A stretch of DNA of 64,000 nucleotides. It comes from Comamonadaceae bacterium PBBC1 (GTDB lineage Bacteria > Pseudomonadota > Gammaproteobacteria > Burkholderiales > Burkholderiaceae_C). The stretch is from assembly GCA_002256145.1 (NCBI GenBank), contig NKIP01000001.1, positions 130,090-194,089 on the forward strand. Reading direction: 5' to 3'. A program made the translations under genes and the position numbers. This document shows, one piece after another, positions 49,753-59,870 of the stretch; the first letter of the stretch is position 1, and the number at the start of each line of letters is the position of its first letter. Below the pieces are notes generated by a model. The model ran no database searches. It was given only the letters and a program-made list of their open reading frames with translations, and was not told the DNA's origin.

Positions 49753-51002
49753 GCGCTACCGAAATGCAATACCAACAACTCGACGCCTGGATCGACGCGC
49801 ACTTTGACGAACAGGTCAAGTTCTTGCAGGCCCTGGTGCAAGTGCCCACCGACACCCCACCCGGCAACAACGCGCCACACGCCGAGCGCACCGCCGAACT
49901 GCTCGCGCCCATGGGCTTTGAGGCTGAGAAGCACGCTGTGCCTGCCTCCGAAGTCAAGGCCTATGGTCTCGAGTCGATCACCAACCTGATCGTGCGCCGC
50001 AAATATGGCGAAGGCAAAACCATCGCCCTGAACGCCCACGGCGACGTGGTGCCCCCCGGCGAAGGCTGGACACACCCGCCCTACGGTGGCGAAATCCACA
50101 ACGGCGCCATGTACGGCCGCGCCACCGCCGTGAGCAAGTGCGACTTTTCCACCTTCACCTTTGCCACGCGGGCGCTCGAATCACTCAAGGCCCCCCTCAA
50201 AGGCGGTGTGGAACTGCACTTCACCTACGACGAAGAGTTTGGCGGCGAAATGGGTCCCGGCTGGCTGCTGGCCAAGGGTCTGACCAAGCCTGATTTGATG
50301 ATCGCTGCAGGCTTCAGCTACCAGGTGGTCACCGCACACAACGGCTGCCTGCAAATGGAAGTCACCGTGCAAGGCGAGATGTCGCACGCGGCCATCCCCG
50401 ACAGCGGCACCGACGCGCTGCAAGGCGCGGTGCACATCCTGAGCGCCCTGCTCGCGCTCAACACGCAATACCTGAAGGTCACGTCCAAGGTGGAGGGCAT
50501 CACCCACCCGTATTTGAACGTGGGCCTGATCGAAGGCGGCACCAACACCAACGTGGTGCCCGGCAAAGTCAGCTTCAAGCTCGACCGCCGCATGATCCCC
50601 GAAGAGAACCCGGCCGAAGTGGAAGCCAGCATCCGCCAGACCATTGCCGACGCCGCTGCCAGCTTCCAGCCCCCACGCGGTGGCCATGTGCTGAAAGTGG
50701 ATGTGCGCCGCATGTTGCTGGCCAACGCCATGAAGCCGCTGGCGGGCAACCAACCCCTGGTCAGCGCCATCCAAAAACACGGCGAACAAGTCTTCGGTGA
50801 AGCCATCCCCGCCTTGGGCACGCCGCTCTACACCGACGTGCGCCTGTACGTGGAGCGCGGCATCCCCGGCGTGATCTACGGCGCAGGCCCCCGCACCGTG
50901 CTCGAGTCCAACGCCAAACGCGCCGATGAGCATGTGCAGCTGGAAGACCTGCGCCGGGCGACCAAGGTGGTGGCGCGCACGCTGCTGGATTTGCTCAGCT
51001 GA
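49749..51002 (+). CDS. M20A (ArgE/DapE-like) metallopeptidase/amidohydrolase
   Basis: LNAHGDVVPPG, MYGRATAVSKCD, YDEE, ADEH. Confidence 0.88.
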   Translation: MSATEMQYQQLDAWIDAHFDEQVKFLQALVQVPTDTPPGNNAPHAERTAELLAPMGFEAEKHAVPASEVKAYGLESITNLIVRRKYGEGKTIALNAHGDVVPPGEGWTHPPYGGEIHNGAMYGRATAVSKCDFSTFTFATRALESLKAPLKGGVELHFTYDEEFGGEMGPGWLLAKGLTKPDLMIAAGFSYQVVTAHNGCLQMEVTVQGEMSHAAIPDSGTDALQGAVHILSALLALNTQYLKVTSKVEGITHPYLNVGLIEGGTNTNVVPGKVSFKLDRRMIPEENPAEVEASIRQTIADAAASFQPPRGGHVLKVDVRRMLLANAMKPLAGNQPLVSAIQKHGEQVFGEAIPALGTPLYTDVRLYVERGIPGVIYGAGPRTVLESNAKRADEHVQLEDLRRATKVVARTLLDLLS

Positions 51003-52344
51003 TCAGGTCACAGCCCTCTTCTGTGCTTTTGACTTCTCCAATGGAAAAAAAGCGAGAGAAGTCGGAAACCTCGGGCCATAAAAGCTGCCGTTCTTTCAAA
51101 CAGAACGGCAGCACCCAAAGGCGCATTCCCCTGGTCTTGGGAAAATCAAATACTGGTAACGGGGAATGGAATGCATCCGTTTTAGGATAAATCAGCACGA
51201 CATCACCGACGCCATCTAGGTAGCTCAACCCATAGGCCTGCAATTGGTAAAAGTCTGCTTGAGACAATCCGTATTTGTCTGTTCCGCTCGCCTTCAGACC
51301 ATCAAGCAGCTTCCACTTGGTATCGAGAACCAGTAAGTCCCGCTCTGAGTTTCGAACCAGTAAGTCTGGCTTCAATTGAAACCAGTTTTTTTCGCGATGA
51401 AGCACCAAGTGACGACTTCGTGCCTGAGTTTTCAATAGAAGAGATGGCTGCAGCTGCTTTGCAAGATGCTTGGCCACAAATGCCTCAAAAACAGCTTCCA
51501 TCGGAAACAGCAATGACGGCGCAGCATGATTGCCTGAACCAGTCAGCGGTGAGTCTTCGTTCAAGATGAGGCGCGCCCATTCAAGGGCATCGGCGTAATA
51601 ACCCATACCCCTGTCCAGTCGGACGTTCTGAAAATCAATCTGTATTTGCGTGGAGGCTTGAACCTCGGCAAAAACAAAATCCAATTCTCTTGCCAGCCGC
51701 TGATTAGCCTGCGTTTTTGCCAGCATCAACATGCGACGCAACGCTGCGCGAAGCAATCGATTCTCAGGCCGGTCTGTTGAAAATTCATCGTGCTTGGTGA
51801 AAAATCGGTCCGCACGGAACAAGTTTTGCCGAAGATTTTGAGACACCAATAGCTTGCCACGCAAGGCAAACAAGTTATCTTGCCGCTGACGATAGTCGCT
51901 GCGAAGCCCACGTTTGACAATGTGCTCAACAGCATGCAAAAACTCAGTGATGAAAATTTCTGGTAGAGGCATCCGCACAGCAGAAAGTTTGGCGCTATCA
52001 GTCACAACATGCCGAAAGCCAGGCAAACAGCACAGCATTTCAATCAGCAATTGACGCGCCTCGTCGACACCACCAATGGCCTTACCCACTTTGGGAAGTA
52101 CTTCTATCTGATATCCGTTTGGCGCACGAATAACGCCGACATAACTTGTCACCTGGACAACACGACGACCACTGCGCTGAGCTAGGCGAAGCCAAGCTGC
52201 ATCTCCTTTCTCCGTAAGACTCAAGCATTGGTCTTCAAGCCACTTAAAAACTTCATTCGGAATCAAGTGCACGTTATCGGCATAGGGAAATTCCACCCCA
52301 GAGGGTACCAGCGCATCAAACTCGTAAATTGTTTTGCAAGTCAT
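50995..52344 (-). CDS. mcrC: McrC-family restriction nuclease subunit
   Basis: SYVGVI, IEVLPK, ENRLL, MEAVFEAFV, PD-(D/E)xK LKPDLL...LDTKWK, YQLQAY. Confidence 0.92.
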   Translation of the reverse strand: MTCKTIYEFDALVPSGVEFPYADNVHLIPNEVFKWLEDQCLSLTEKGDAAWLRLAQRSGRRVVQVTSYVGVIRAPNGYQIEVLPKVGKAIGGVDEARQLLIEMLCCLPGFRHVVTDSAKLSAVRMPLPEIFITEFLHAVEHIVKRGLRSDYRQRQDNLFALRGKLLVSQNLRQNLFRADRFFTKHDEFSTDRPENRLLRAALRRMLMLAKTQANQRLARELDFVFAEVQASTQIQIDFQNVRLDRGMGYYADALEWARLILNEDSPLTGSGNHAAPSLLFPMEAVFEAFVAKHLAKQLQPSLLLKTQARSRHLVLHREKNWFQLKPDLLVRNSERDLLVLDTKWKLLDGLKASGTDKYGLSQADFYQLQAYGLSYLDGVGDVVLIYPKTDAFHSPLPVFDFPKTRGMRLWVLPFCLKERQLLWPEVSDFSRFFSIGEVKSTEEGCDLIS

Positions 52345-54725
52345 CAAGTTGAGAGCGACTGATAAATGCCAATGTATGCATCAGGATTGGAGAACGATGC
52401 ATCCCGGATCACATAGCGTTGCTTGGTGGCGTATGCAGCAAGGCCGTGATCGCTACCAAATAGACGGGCAAGATCATCTTCATGATCCCGGCTTTCGATC
52501 ACAAACCGGGCCATCTCAGGCTTCTGGTTGTCTGCAAGCACAAGCCGGATTTTTTGCCAGTCCTCGAAAAAGTACTCCTCAAGCAAAGGGATGATGCGTT
52601 TACTGAAGAGCTGCGATAACGCTACAAACCGTTCGTCTTCGTCAGTTATCTTTGCAAGCGAAGTGAAGTAAGCATGACCAATGCAGTGGTCACGGTCGTA
52701 AAGAGCTTCGATGCGCTGATTGATGACGGACAACATTTTCGGGATGTCAATCACCTGCCCACCCACGGTCACCCGCAAACCAAAAAGCGGTGCACCTTCT
52801 TCATCACGGGCATCTGCCAACACTGGCTCAAAGTCGAACCGGCGACGCAAAGCCGTATCCAGCAAGGCGAGTGAACGGTCCGCTGTGTTCATGGTGCCGA
52901 TGATGTCAACGTTCGGCGGCACAGAGAACGAGTCTCCTGAATACGGCAACGTGACCGAGATGGCAGTTTCTGAACCCTCACGTTTGTCTGGCTCGATCAA
53001 CGTGATCAGTTCGCCGAAGATCTTGCTGATGTTGCCCCTGTTGATTTCGTCAATGACCATGGCAAAGCGCTGTTCTGGAGCCTGTCGCGCCCGGCGGCAA
53101 AGCTCCTTAAAGGCGCCGGGTCGAATTTGATATTTAATCGCCCCTGATTCAGCATCGTCATTCAGCACAGGACGAAGACCTTCGACGAACTCCTCATAGC
53201 CATACGATTGATGGAACGTGACAAAGCTATAGTGACGAAGGGTTTCCGTCGCTCTTGCACCTTCTTGATATTCCTTCAGCAATGCGATGAGATCGGCGCA
53301 GACATCTTCCCATTCACCAGTGAGATGCCAGACAGCCTCCTCGCTCTTGTCAAATACCTGTGGGCTAAAGCGCTGCTGCTGCTTTACAGTCGTAGACTCG
53401 TTAACTGTCCTACCCTGAAGTACTGCCCACATGGTTTGACGCATGTTGTCTTGACGACCTCTGGTTGTTGCCAGTGCATCAATGAAGGGGTGTGCCAATA
53501 GCTGACTGACGTTGGCTTTGCCGCCAAGGTCAATCAACGCCAAGACTGCCGCTTCCCACCATTTCAAATTCGCAATTCTGTCCGCAATGAATTGCTTCTG
53601 CCATTCTGATTTGGACACCGAGGACATGGACTGCTCATAGTCACGTTGAAGCAACTTGGTCACTTCGTACGTCTTACCAGTACCGGGTGGCCCGTAGTAA
53701 ATACGATTAAAGGCTTGGGTCACAGCGTCTTCCGTAGGTGGCTCTTCGTTATCGGATTCATCGTCGGACTCGGTGGGGTCATCCCGAAGTTGATCGGGCC
53801 ATAGACCAGGACGTTCCGTTTCCTGCACCAGCCAGTCATCCAGCGCTTCGCGTTCAGCGGCCAAAGCAGCTTCAATCTTCGTCACCCAATCGTCTGTGAG
53901 TGGCTCCCTGTGCAACTTAGGCACATCACCAACTTCGCGCGTCCAAGATATCGTGCGGGCTCGTGTACCTAGTATTACTGCCAACACGCCAACCGCACGC
54001 TCGCTGCCTGGATTCTTTCGCCCAAAGCGAACTTGAACCCCTTTACCTACGTGCCACCAATCCAACCCTACCGCATGAACAGCTCTAGCCAACCTGCAAA
54101 ATGTCGCCTTACCCTGAGGTGTCCAGGACGCCCGGAAGGTTTTGAAGGCGGGCTTGCCATCAAAGTGTTTAAGAAGGTCCTCATCACTTAGCTTTTGATT
54201 CAAATCCAGCTTGGCCACCAGCTCGTCATATCGGAAACGGAATTTGCGAATGGCCTCGACACTCCAAGCCACCAATTCAGTCAGCGATTTATCAAGCCCC
54301 TGCGACACAGGGAGAATTGCCACGATGGGTGAGGATGTAAAACCACCTCGAATCTGCTCGTATCGTTGACGCAACGCAGCATCATCAACATGCGTATTCA
54401 CCAGATCAATCTTGACGACAAATCCGTGATCTGCCTCAATGCCAACCGTATAGGCCAAGGCTTTAGGTGACTCTAGGCTCGGATAAATTCGAGCCCAGTT
54501 GTACGCTTGGAAATTGTTGGCCTGATTCGTTGGACGTTTGCGGCAATCAACTTTTCCTGTAGGAAAGAACTCTGCTTTAAGTTGATTGGCCCACGCCTCG
54601 GTGATCTCGTAAGCTTTTTTCAGCTCTGCATATGCATTGTTCTGTTCAGAATTCGAATCATCGCGCTTCTGCCCTCTCCATTTGTTCAGCAGTTCGAAAT
54701 GTTCACTCGTGAATTTTTCAGCCAT
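52344..54725 (-). CDS. mcrB: McrB-family AAA+ GTPase with large N-terminal region
   Basis: YGPPGTGKT, FVTFHQSYGYEEFVEG, IDEINRGN, MNTADRS, LRRRF, PLLEEYF. Confidence 0.92.
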   Translation of the reverse strand: MAEKFTSEHFELLNKWRGQKRDDSNSEQNNAYAELKKAYEITEAWANQLKAEFFPTGKVDCRKRPTNQANNFQAYNWARIYPSLESPKALAYTVGIEADHGFVVKIDLVNTHVDDAALRQRYEQIRGGFTSSPIVAILPVSQGLDKSLTELVAWSVEAIRKFRFRYDELVAKLDLNQKLSDEDLLKHFDGKPAFKTFRASWTPQGKATFCRLARAVHAVGLDWWHVGKGVQVRFGRKNPGSERAVGVLAVILGTRARTISWTREVGDVPKLHREPLTDDWVTKIEAALAAEREALDDWLVQETERPGLWPDQLRDDPTESDDESDNEEPPTEDAVTQAFNRIYYGPPGTGKTYEVTKLLQRDYEQSMSSVSKSEWQKQFIADRIANLKWWEAAVLALIDLGGKANVSQLLAHPFIDALATTRGRQDNMRQTMWAVLQGRTVNESTTVKQQQRFSPQVFDKSEEAVWHLTGEWEDVCADLIALLKEYQEGARATETLRHYSFVTFHQSYGYEEFVEGLRPVLNDDAESGAIKYQIRPGAFKELCRRARQAPEQRFAMVIDEINRGNISKIFGELITLIEPDKREGSETAISVTLPYSGDSFSVPPNVDIIGTMNTADRSLALLDTALRRRFDFEPVLADARDEEGAPLFGLRVTVGGQVIDIPKMLSVINQRIEALYDRDHCIGHAYFTSLAKITDEDERFVALSQLFSKRIIPLLEEYFFEDWQKIRLVLADNQKPEMARFVIESRDHEDDLARLFGSDHGLAAYATKQRYVIRDASFSNPDAYIGIYQSLST

Positions 54726-54728
54726 TTT

Positions 54729-55469
54729 TTATACTCCCTCAACATCAATACCATGTTCAGCCAGCCAGTCCTTGCGTTGCAAGTAATCAGGCATGGCACG
54801 CTCTACCCTCTGCCAAAAGGCAGGTGTGTGATGTGGTTCGTGCAAGTGTGCAATCTCATGAACCACCACATATTCAGCAATTCGCGCTGGCAGCAGAATC
54901 GTTTTCCAATGGAAATACAGCCAGTCACCCTTGCCACATGAACCCCAGCGATATCCAAGGTCCTGAACTTTCACGCCAGCAGGTTCCACCTCCATGCGTG
55001 ACTGGTAGTCGGCTACGCGGCCGGACAACCAGATCCGTGCCCTTTCGCTGTACCAGCGGATGAAGTGATCCCTCGCGCCAGCTTGCGCATCGTGGTGCAG
55101 CGCAAAGCGGCCATTCATCAGCTTCAGCGGTGCCTCTTGGGCTTCGACCAATTTCAGTCGATGGGTTCGCCCCAAAAACAAGAAACCCTCACCAGCAACA
55201 AACTCTTTTCGCGGCACTTGGCGTTGAAGGCGATCCTTCTGTGCCAGCTTGGTGTAGACCCAAAACCGCTTTTCAGTCACAAACTCACGCAGCTTGTCGA
55301 TGCCCACTTGAAGTGGCGCACTCAGGATCAGCTCACCCGTTCGCTCGACGGTGATTTCCATCGTTCGGCGCTTGGCGCTGCGACGTATCTCAAATTGCAG
55401 ATCATCCAACTCGATGGATGTTTCTGCTGAGATTGGCGTGCAGTCTGCGGGCTGGTGGGAGGTTTTCAT
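54729..55469 (-). CDS. M48/YgjP (SprT-like) zinc metalloprotease-domain protein
   Basis: RRSAKRRT, RWGSC, YVVVHEIAHLHEPHH HExxH. Confidence 0.9.
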   Translation of the reverse strand: MKTSHQPADCTPISAETSIELDDLQFEIRRSAKRRTMEITVERTGELILSAPLQVGIDKLREFVTEKRFWVYTKLAQKDRLQRQVPRKEFVAGEGFLFLGRTHRLKLVEAQEAPLKLMNGRFALHHDAQAGARDHFIRWYSERARIWLSGRVADYQSRMEVEPAGVKVQDLGYRWGSCGKGDWLYFHWKTILLPARIAEYVVVHEIAHLHEPHHTPAFWQRVERAMPDYLQRKDWLAEHGIDVEGV

Positions 55470-55485
55470 GGGCAACAACAGGGCT

Positions 55486-58400
55486 TCACACCTGCACCAA
55501 CTTGTCGTGGTTGGCCCGCCCTTGCTCCATCAGCTTGTCCGCCAGCACACCCGCCTTGTCGGTATCCACCAAGGGTGGCCGCAATCGCATCAGGTGTTCA
55601 AACAGTTGCGTGTTGAGGTCTTCCTGAGCAGCGCGTTTGTGTGGACTCCAAATATCGCGGTTGCTTTGCAGCTCCTGCGTCAACAGGTCCACCAGCTCCA
55701 CGGTCACATCCTTCAGTCGCAATAACTCGGCTGCACTTGGCGCCTGGCCAGCACACACCACGTCCAACACGGTGCGCAAAAACGGCGCGCAATGCTCCGG
55801 CAAGTCGCTCGGTGCATCGGCGCTGCCTGCCTGGCCTGTGCGCAGTTCGTCGATGATCTTTTGCAGCTGCGCGATCACCTCGTTCCACTTTTCACCCAGC
55901 GTATTAAGAATGTCGTTCAAGTGCTCCGACAGCTTGCGGTACAGGACGGGATCTTCATCGGTGTGCTTGCGGATGTGCGAACGGATGGCGTGCTCCATCT
56001 CGGAAGCCTTAGCGCGGTCGTTCGCGGTTCGGGCCACATGCGTGTCGAAATGGGCATCGGTCAGCTGAATCGGCGGGATCTTGGGGTCGATGCCCAGTGA
56101 GATCACATGGTCGTCGATCAGCTTGCGCACCTTGGCGCCCACATCTTTGCCCAGTACCGGCGTGTCCTTGTAGCGGTTGCGAGCCCGGGCGTAGATGTAA
56201 GCGAGCTTCTTGGCGTCTTTGGTGTATGGCAACCCCTCGGGCCGTGGCAACACCGTGTCCAGCGAACCCAAAAATGCTTTGAGCTTGACGGCAAACTCAG
56301 CGCGCAGCTTCTCGCTGCCCAAGGCTTCAACACAGGCCTCAGTGTCTTCCAGCGATTCGATGCCACGCTGGCGGAACAAGTCCACCACGCGCAGATGCCG
56401 GTCGCGCAGCACAGGCACTTCGTCCTTCAAACTGGCCAACGCACCTTCCACATCCTCGTCGGCGTAAGCTGCCAGCGCCTCTTTCAAGTGCTGGGCCACA
56501 CCAAAGTAGTCCACCACGATGCCGCAGCGCTTGCCAAAACCTGTGCGGTTGACGCGGGCAATCGCCTGCAACAACTCCGCCTCGCGGATCGGGCGGTCCA
56601 GGTACATCACGCCTTCAATCGGTGCATCAAAACCTGTGAGCAACATCGACTTCACCACCAAGAAAGCCAATGGATCGGTCTTCTCTGGCTTGGCATGGAA
56701 CAGCGGCTTTTTGAAGCGTTTGATCAGCTGCTCCTGCCCTGCGCCATCGGTCCACGTTTTCCAGGCAGGGTCATCGTTGTTGCTGCCCGAAATGATGGGG
56801 GCAAACTCAATGCGCGCCAGCGTGTCGCGGTAGCGCCAGGCCTGCACCACCGCCTGCACACCCACCGGGCGCTGACACAGCGCCTCGTCATCCAGTGCTT
56901 TGTCTTGGGGTGACAGCGCCTGAGCCTCGGCCAGCAACTCATCGCGTGCTGCGCGCAAAGCCTCGAAATAACGGATCGCCGCCAAGCGGCTGTAGGCCAC
57001 CACCTGCGCCTTGTAGCCGTTGGGCAGGATGTTGGTCACGTAATGGCGCAGGATGTCGCGGGCCTTGTCGGCAATCAGAGCCGGGGCATCAAAGATGTGG
57101 CCCTTTGTGGCGTACTTTTTCTTGATCGCCTCCAGCTCTTCCTGTGAATGCTGGCGAAACAGGTCTTCAAACAGTTCGTCCAGGCTCGCACCGTCTTTGA
57201 TGGCACCGTTGGCCGTGCGGCCTTCATAGAGCACGGGCACCGTCGCGCCGTCGGCTTCGGCCTCTTTGATCGTGTAACGGTCAATGAACTCGCCAAAAAT
57301 CTCATGGGTGCGTTTCTTGTCACCCATGATGATGGGCGTGCCAGTAAAGCCCATGCGCGCGCAATTGGGCAGGCCCGCCAACAAGTTGGCATGCAGGTCG
57401 CCCGCCTGGGTGCGGTGCGCCTCATCCACCAGCACCAGGATGCTGTCGTCCTCGTTCAGCACTTCGAACTTTTCGCTGACCTTGTAGCTGGCCTTGGGCT
57501 CTTCCACTTTTGGCAAATCATCCGCCGTCAGTGGCGCATCACCCACACTGTCGGGGTCGCGGTATTTTTGGATCGTGGCAAACACCAGCCCCGGCCCTTT
57601 GCGCCTTGCCAGCGCCTTCACGCCCGCTGCGCTTTCGGCCACATCCACCACTTCGCCCGTCAAGGTGGCGGTCACAGACAACTGGCCCTGCAAGTCCTTG
57701 CGGTCGGTGACCACAATGATCTTGAAATGCCGCAACTGCGCATCTGCCCGCATCTTGCGCACCAAGAACACCATGGTCAGGCTCTTGCCCGAGCCCTGGG
57801 TGTGCCAAATGATGCCGCCGCGCTGATCGTGCTCACCATGCTGCCGCCTGGTTCGGCCGGTCTTCAGGCGCGCGATGGCCCGGTTCACCGCCCGGTACTG
57901 TTGGTAGCGGCAAACCGTCTTGATGGTCTGACCGCCGGTCTGCATGAACAACATGAAGTTCTGCACCACATCCAACAAATGGGCGGGCGACAGCATCCCG
58001 GCAATCAAACGCTCTTGCTCAGACAGGGCCGCCTTGCCCATCGCTTGCGCCACCGCCATCTCGCTGCCTGCGCCACCTGGGCCGATCACCGTCTTCCACT
58101 GGGCGTAATGCTCAAAGGCCGCACCCACGCAGCCCACGCGTGCCTCGTCAAAACTGCTGGCGACCAGCAGCTGGTTGGTGGCAAACAGGGGCTCGTTGCC
58201 CTCGTTGTCATCCACCTCCATCCCGGCTTTGCGCTGGTTGCTGTAGCGGCGCAGTTGGTCCACCGCCTCGGCCAATGGCTCGGGCACCGACGGGCTCTTG
58301 CACTCCACCACCACCAGCGGAATGCCGTTCACCAACAGCACCAAGTCGGGCACGATGAACTGCTTGCCACTGTTAAAACCAGGCGGGCAATCCACGCGGT

Positions 58401-58803
58401 ATTGGTTGATCACCGTGAAGCGGTTGTTGGCTGGGGTGTCCCAGTCGATGTAGCGAATGGTTTGGCCGCGCCCACCGTCCCAGCCGGGCAGGCCCTCCAC
58501 CGTCAGCCCACGGATCAACAAAGCAGTGGCCTTTTCGTTGGCCTCCATCAGCTTGTGCGTGCCCAGCCGGATGATGGCGGTCACGGCTTCATCCAGCCGC
58601 GCCTCGTCCAGCCAGGGCAATCCGTCTGGCCCCAGGTTCAGCGCGCGCAATTGTTCGCGCAGCAGCCCCTCTTGAATCACCTCGGCAAAGCCGGTGCGGC
58701 CCGTCACGGCAGGGTCGTCAAGGCTGCCTTCGATGTGCGCCCAACCCAGCGCCTGCAACTGGGCAACGAATGGCTTTTCGACTTCTTCGAGTTCCCAGCC
58801 CAT
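55486..58803 (-). CDS. hsdR: Type I restriction endonuclease subunit R
   Basis: PDLVLLVNGIPLVVVECK nuclease motif, WHTQGSGKS, DEAH, FTGTP, MLLTGFDAP, QAIARVNR. Confidence 0.96.
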   Translation of the reverse strand: MGWELEEVEKPFVAQLQALGWAHIEGSLDDPAVTGRTGFAEVIQEGLLREQLRALNLGPDGLPWLDEARLDEAVTAIIRLGTHKLMEANEKATALLIRGLTVEGLPGWDGGRGQTIRYIDWDTPANNRFTVINQYRVDCPPGFNSGKQFIVPDLVLLVNGIPLVVVECKSPSVPEPLAEAVDQLRRYSNQRKAGMEVDDNEGNEPLFATNQLLVASSFDEARVGCVGAAFEHYAQWKTVIGPGGAGSEMAVAQAMGKAALSEQERLIAGMLSPAHLLDVVQNFMLFMQTGGQTIKTVCRYQQYRAVNRAIARLKTGRTRRQHGEHDQRGGIIWHTQGSGKSLTMVFLVRKMRADAQLRHFKIIVVTDRKDLQGQLSVTATLTGEVVDVAESAAGVKALARRKGPGLVFATIQKYRDPDSVGDAPLTADDLPKVEEPKASYKVSEKFEVLNEDDSILVLVDEAHRTQAGDLHANLLAGLPNCARMGFTGTPIIMGDKKRTHEIFGEFIDRYTIKEAEADGATVPVLYEGRTANGAIKDGASLDELFEDLFRQHSQEELEAIKKKYATKGHIFDAPALIADKARDILRHYVTNILPNGYKAQVVAYSRLAAIRYFEALRAARDELLAEAQALSPQDKALDDEALCQRPVGVQAVVQAWRYRDTLARIEFAPIISGSNNDDPAWKTWTDGAGQEQLIKRFKKPLFHAKPEKTDPLAFLVVKSMLLTGFDAPIEGVMYLDRPIREAELLQAIARVNRTGFGKRCGIVVDYFGVAQHLKEALAAYADEDVEGALASLKDEVPVLRDRHLRVVDLFRQRGIESLEDTEACVEALGSEKLRAEFAVKLKAFLGSLDTVLPRPEGLPYTKDAKKLAYIYARARNRYKDTPVLGKDVGAKVRKLIDDHVISLGIDPKIPPIQLTDAHFDTHVARTANDRAKASEMEHAIRSHIRKHTDEDPVLYRKLSEHLNDILNTLGEKWNEVIAQLQKIIDELRTGQAGSADAPSDLPEHCAPFLRTVLDVVCAGQAPSAAELLRLKDVTVELVDLLTQELQSNRDIWSPHKRAAQEDLNTQLFEHLMRLRPPLVDTDKAGVLADKLMEQGRANHDKLVQV

Positions 58804-59870
58804 CAAGCGCTCCCGTCCTGCTGATTCGTTTCATCAGGCAAATTGATCAGTTCTTGCTCAAGTTCTTCAATGGTGGGCAGCTTGCTCGCCAAATTGTCAG
58901 GAAGCTGGCGCAGCAACTCATACTCAGCCACGCCGATGGGCTTCTCAATCCCAGACAAGGCGTATTCCGCAATCATTCGATTCTGTGTTTTACACAGCAA
59001 AAGGCCAATGGTGGGGTTATCGTCAGGCCCCTTGATCTGGCGATCTACCGCTGTCAGGTAAAAATTCAACTGACCCGCATGCTCCGGCTTGAAGGCCACC
59101 GCTTTGAGTTCCACCACGACATAGCACTTGAGACGCGTGTGATAGAAAAGCAGATCAATAAAAAACTCATCGCCCGCCACTTCCAGGCGGTGTTGTCGAC
59201 CCACAAATGCGAAGCCAGTGCCCAGCTCCAGCAAGAAGTGCGTGATGTGCCGGATCAGGCCGCTCTCGATGTCGCGCTCATGGGCTTCGTCACCCAAGCC
59301 CAAAAAATCGAACAGGTAGGGGTCTTTTAAGGTGTCTTGGGCCAAATCGGAGTGCGGTGATGGCAGCCGTTCGCCAAAATTCGTCACGGCTTGGCCCTGG
59401 CGGGCCAACAAGCGGTTCTTGATCTGCACTTCCAGCGTCGTTCGCGACCACCCCCGCTGTATGGCTTGTGCGGCATACCACTCGCGCTCTTCTGGGGTTT
59501 GCAACTGGGTCAGCAAGGTCACGATGTGGAACCAAGGCAATTGGGCAGCAGGCTGCTGCCCAAATCGCTGGGACGGACAGTGCTCGGCAAAGTAGCGCAT
59601 GTACTTCAGGTTGCGCGATGAAAACCCTTTCATCTGCGGAAAAGCTTCGCGCAGATCACGGGAGAGCCGGTCAACCACTTTCGCCCCCCAACCCTCGCGG
59701 CTTTGCCGGTCAAGAATATCGCGCCCGATGTGCCAGTACAGCAGCACCAGTTCCCGGTTGACGGCCAGCGCGGCGCGCTGCTGGGCGCTGTGGATGCGGG
59801 TTTTCAGCTCAGCGAGCCAGTCGGCATAGCCTTCAGGCGACGGGGTGAGCGAGGTCGGGCGGTCGGTCAT
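58803..59870 (-). CDS. YhcG/DUF1016 PD-(D/E)xK nuclease-domain protein
   Basis: VNRELVLLYWHIG, GFSSRNLKYM, LKDPYLFDFL, FLLELG, VVVELK, GQLNFY. Confidence 0.92.
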   Translation of the reverse strand: MTDRPTSLTPSPEGYADWLAELKTRIHSAQQRAALAVNRELVLLYWHIGRDILDRQSREGWGAKVVDRLSRDLREAFPQMKGFSSRNLKYMRYFAEHCPSQRFGQQPAAQLPWFHIVTLLTQLQTPEEREWYAAQAIQRGWSRTTLEVQIKNRLLARQGQAVTNFGERLPSPHSDLAQDTLKDPYLFDFLGLGDEAHERDIESGLIRHITHFLLELGTGFAFVGRQHRLEVAGDEFFIDLLFYHTRLKCYVVVELKAVAFKPEHAGQLNFYLTAVDRQIKGPDDNPTIGLLLCKTQNRMIAEYALSGIEKPIGVAEYELLRQLPDNLASKLPTIEELEQELINLPDETNQQDGSA

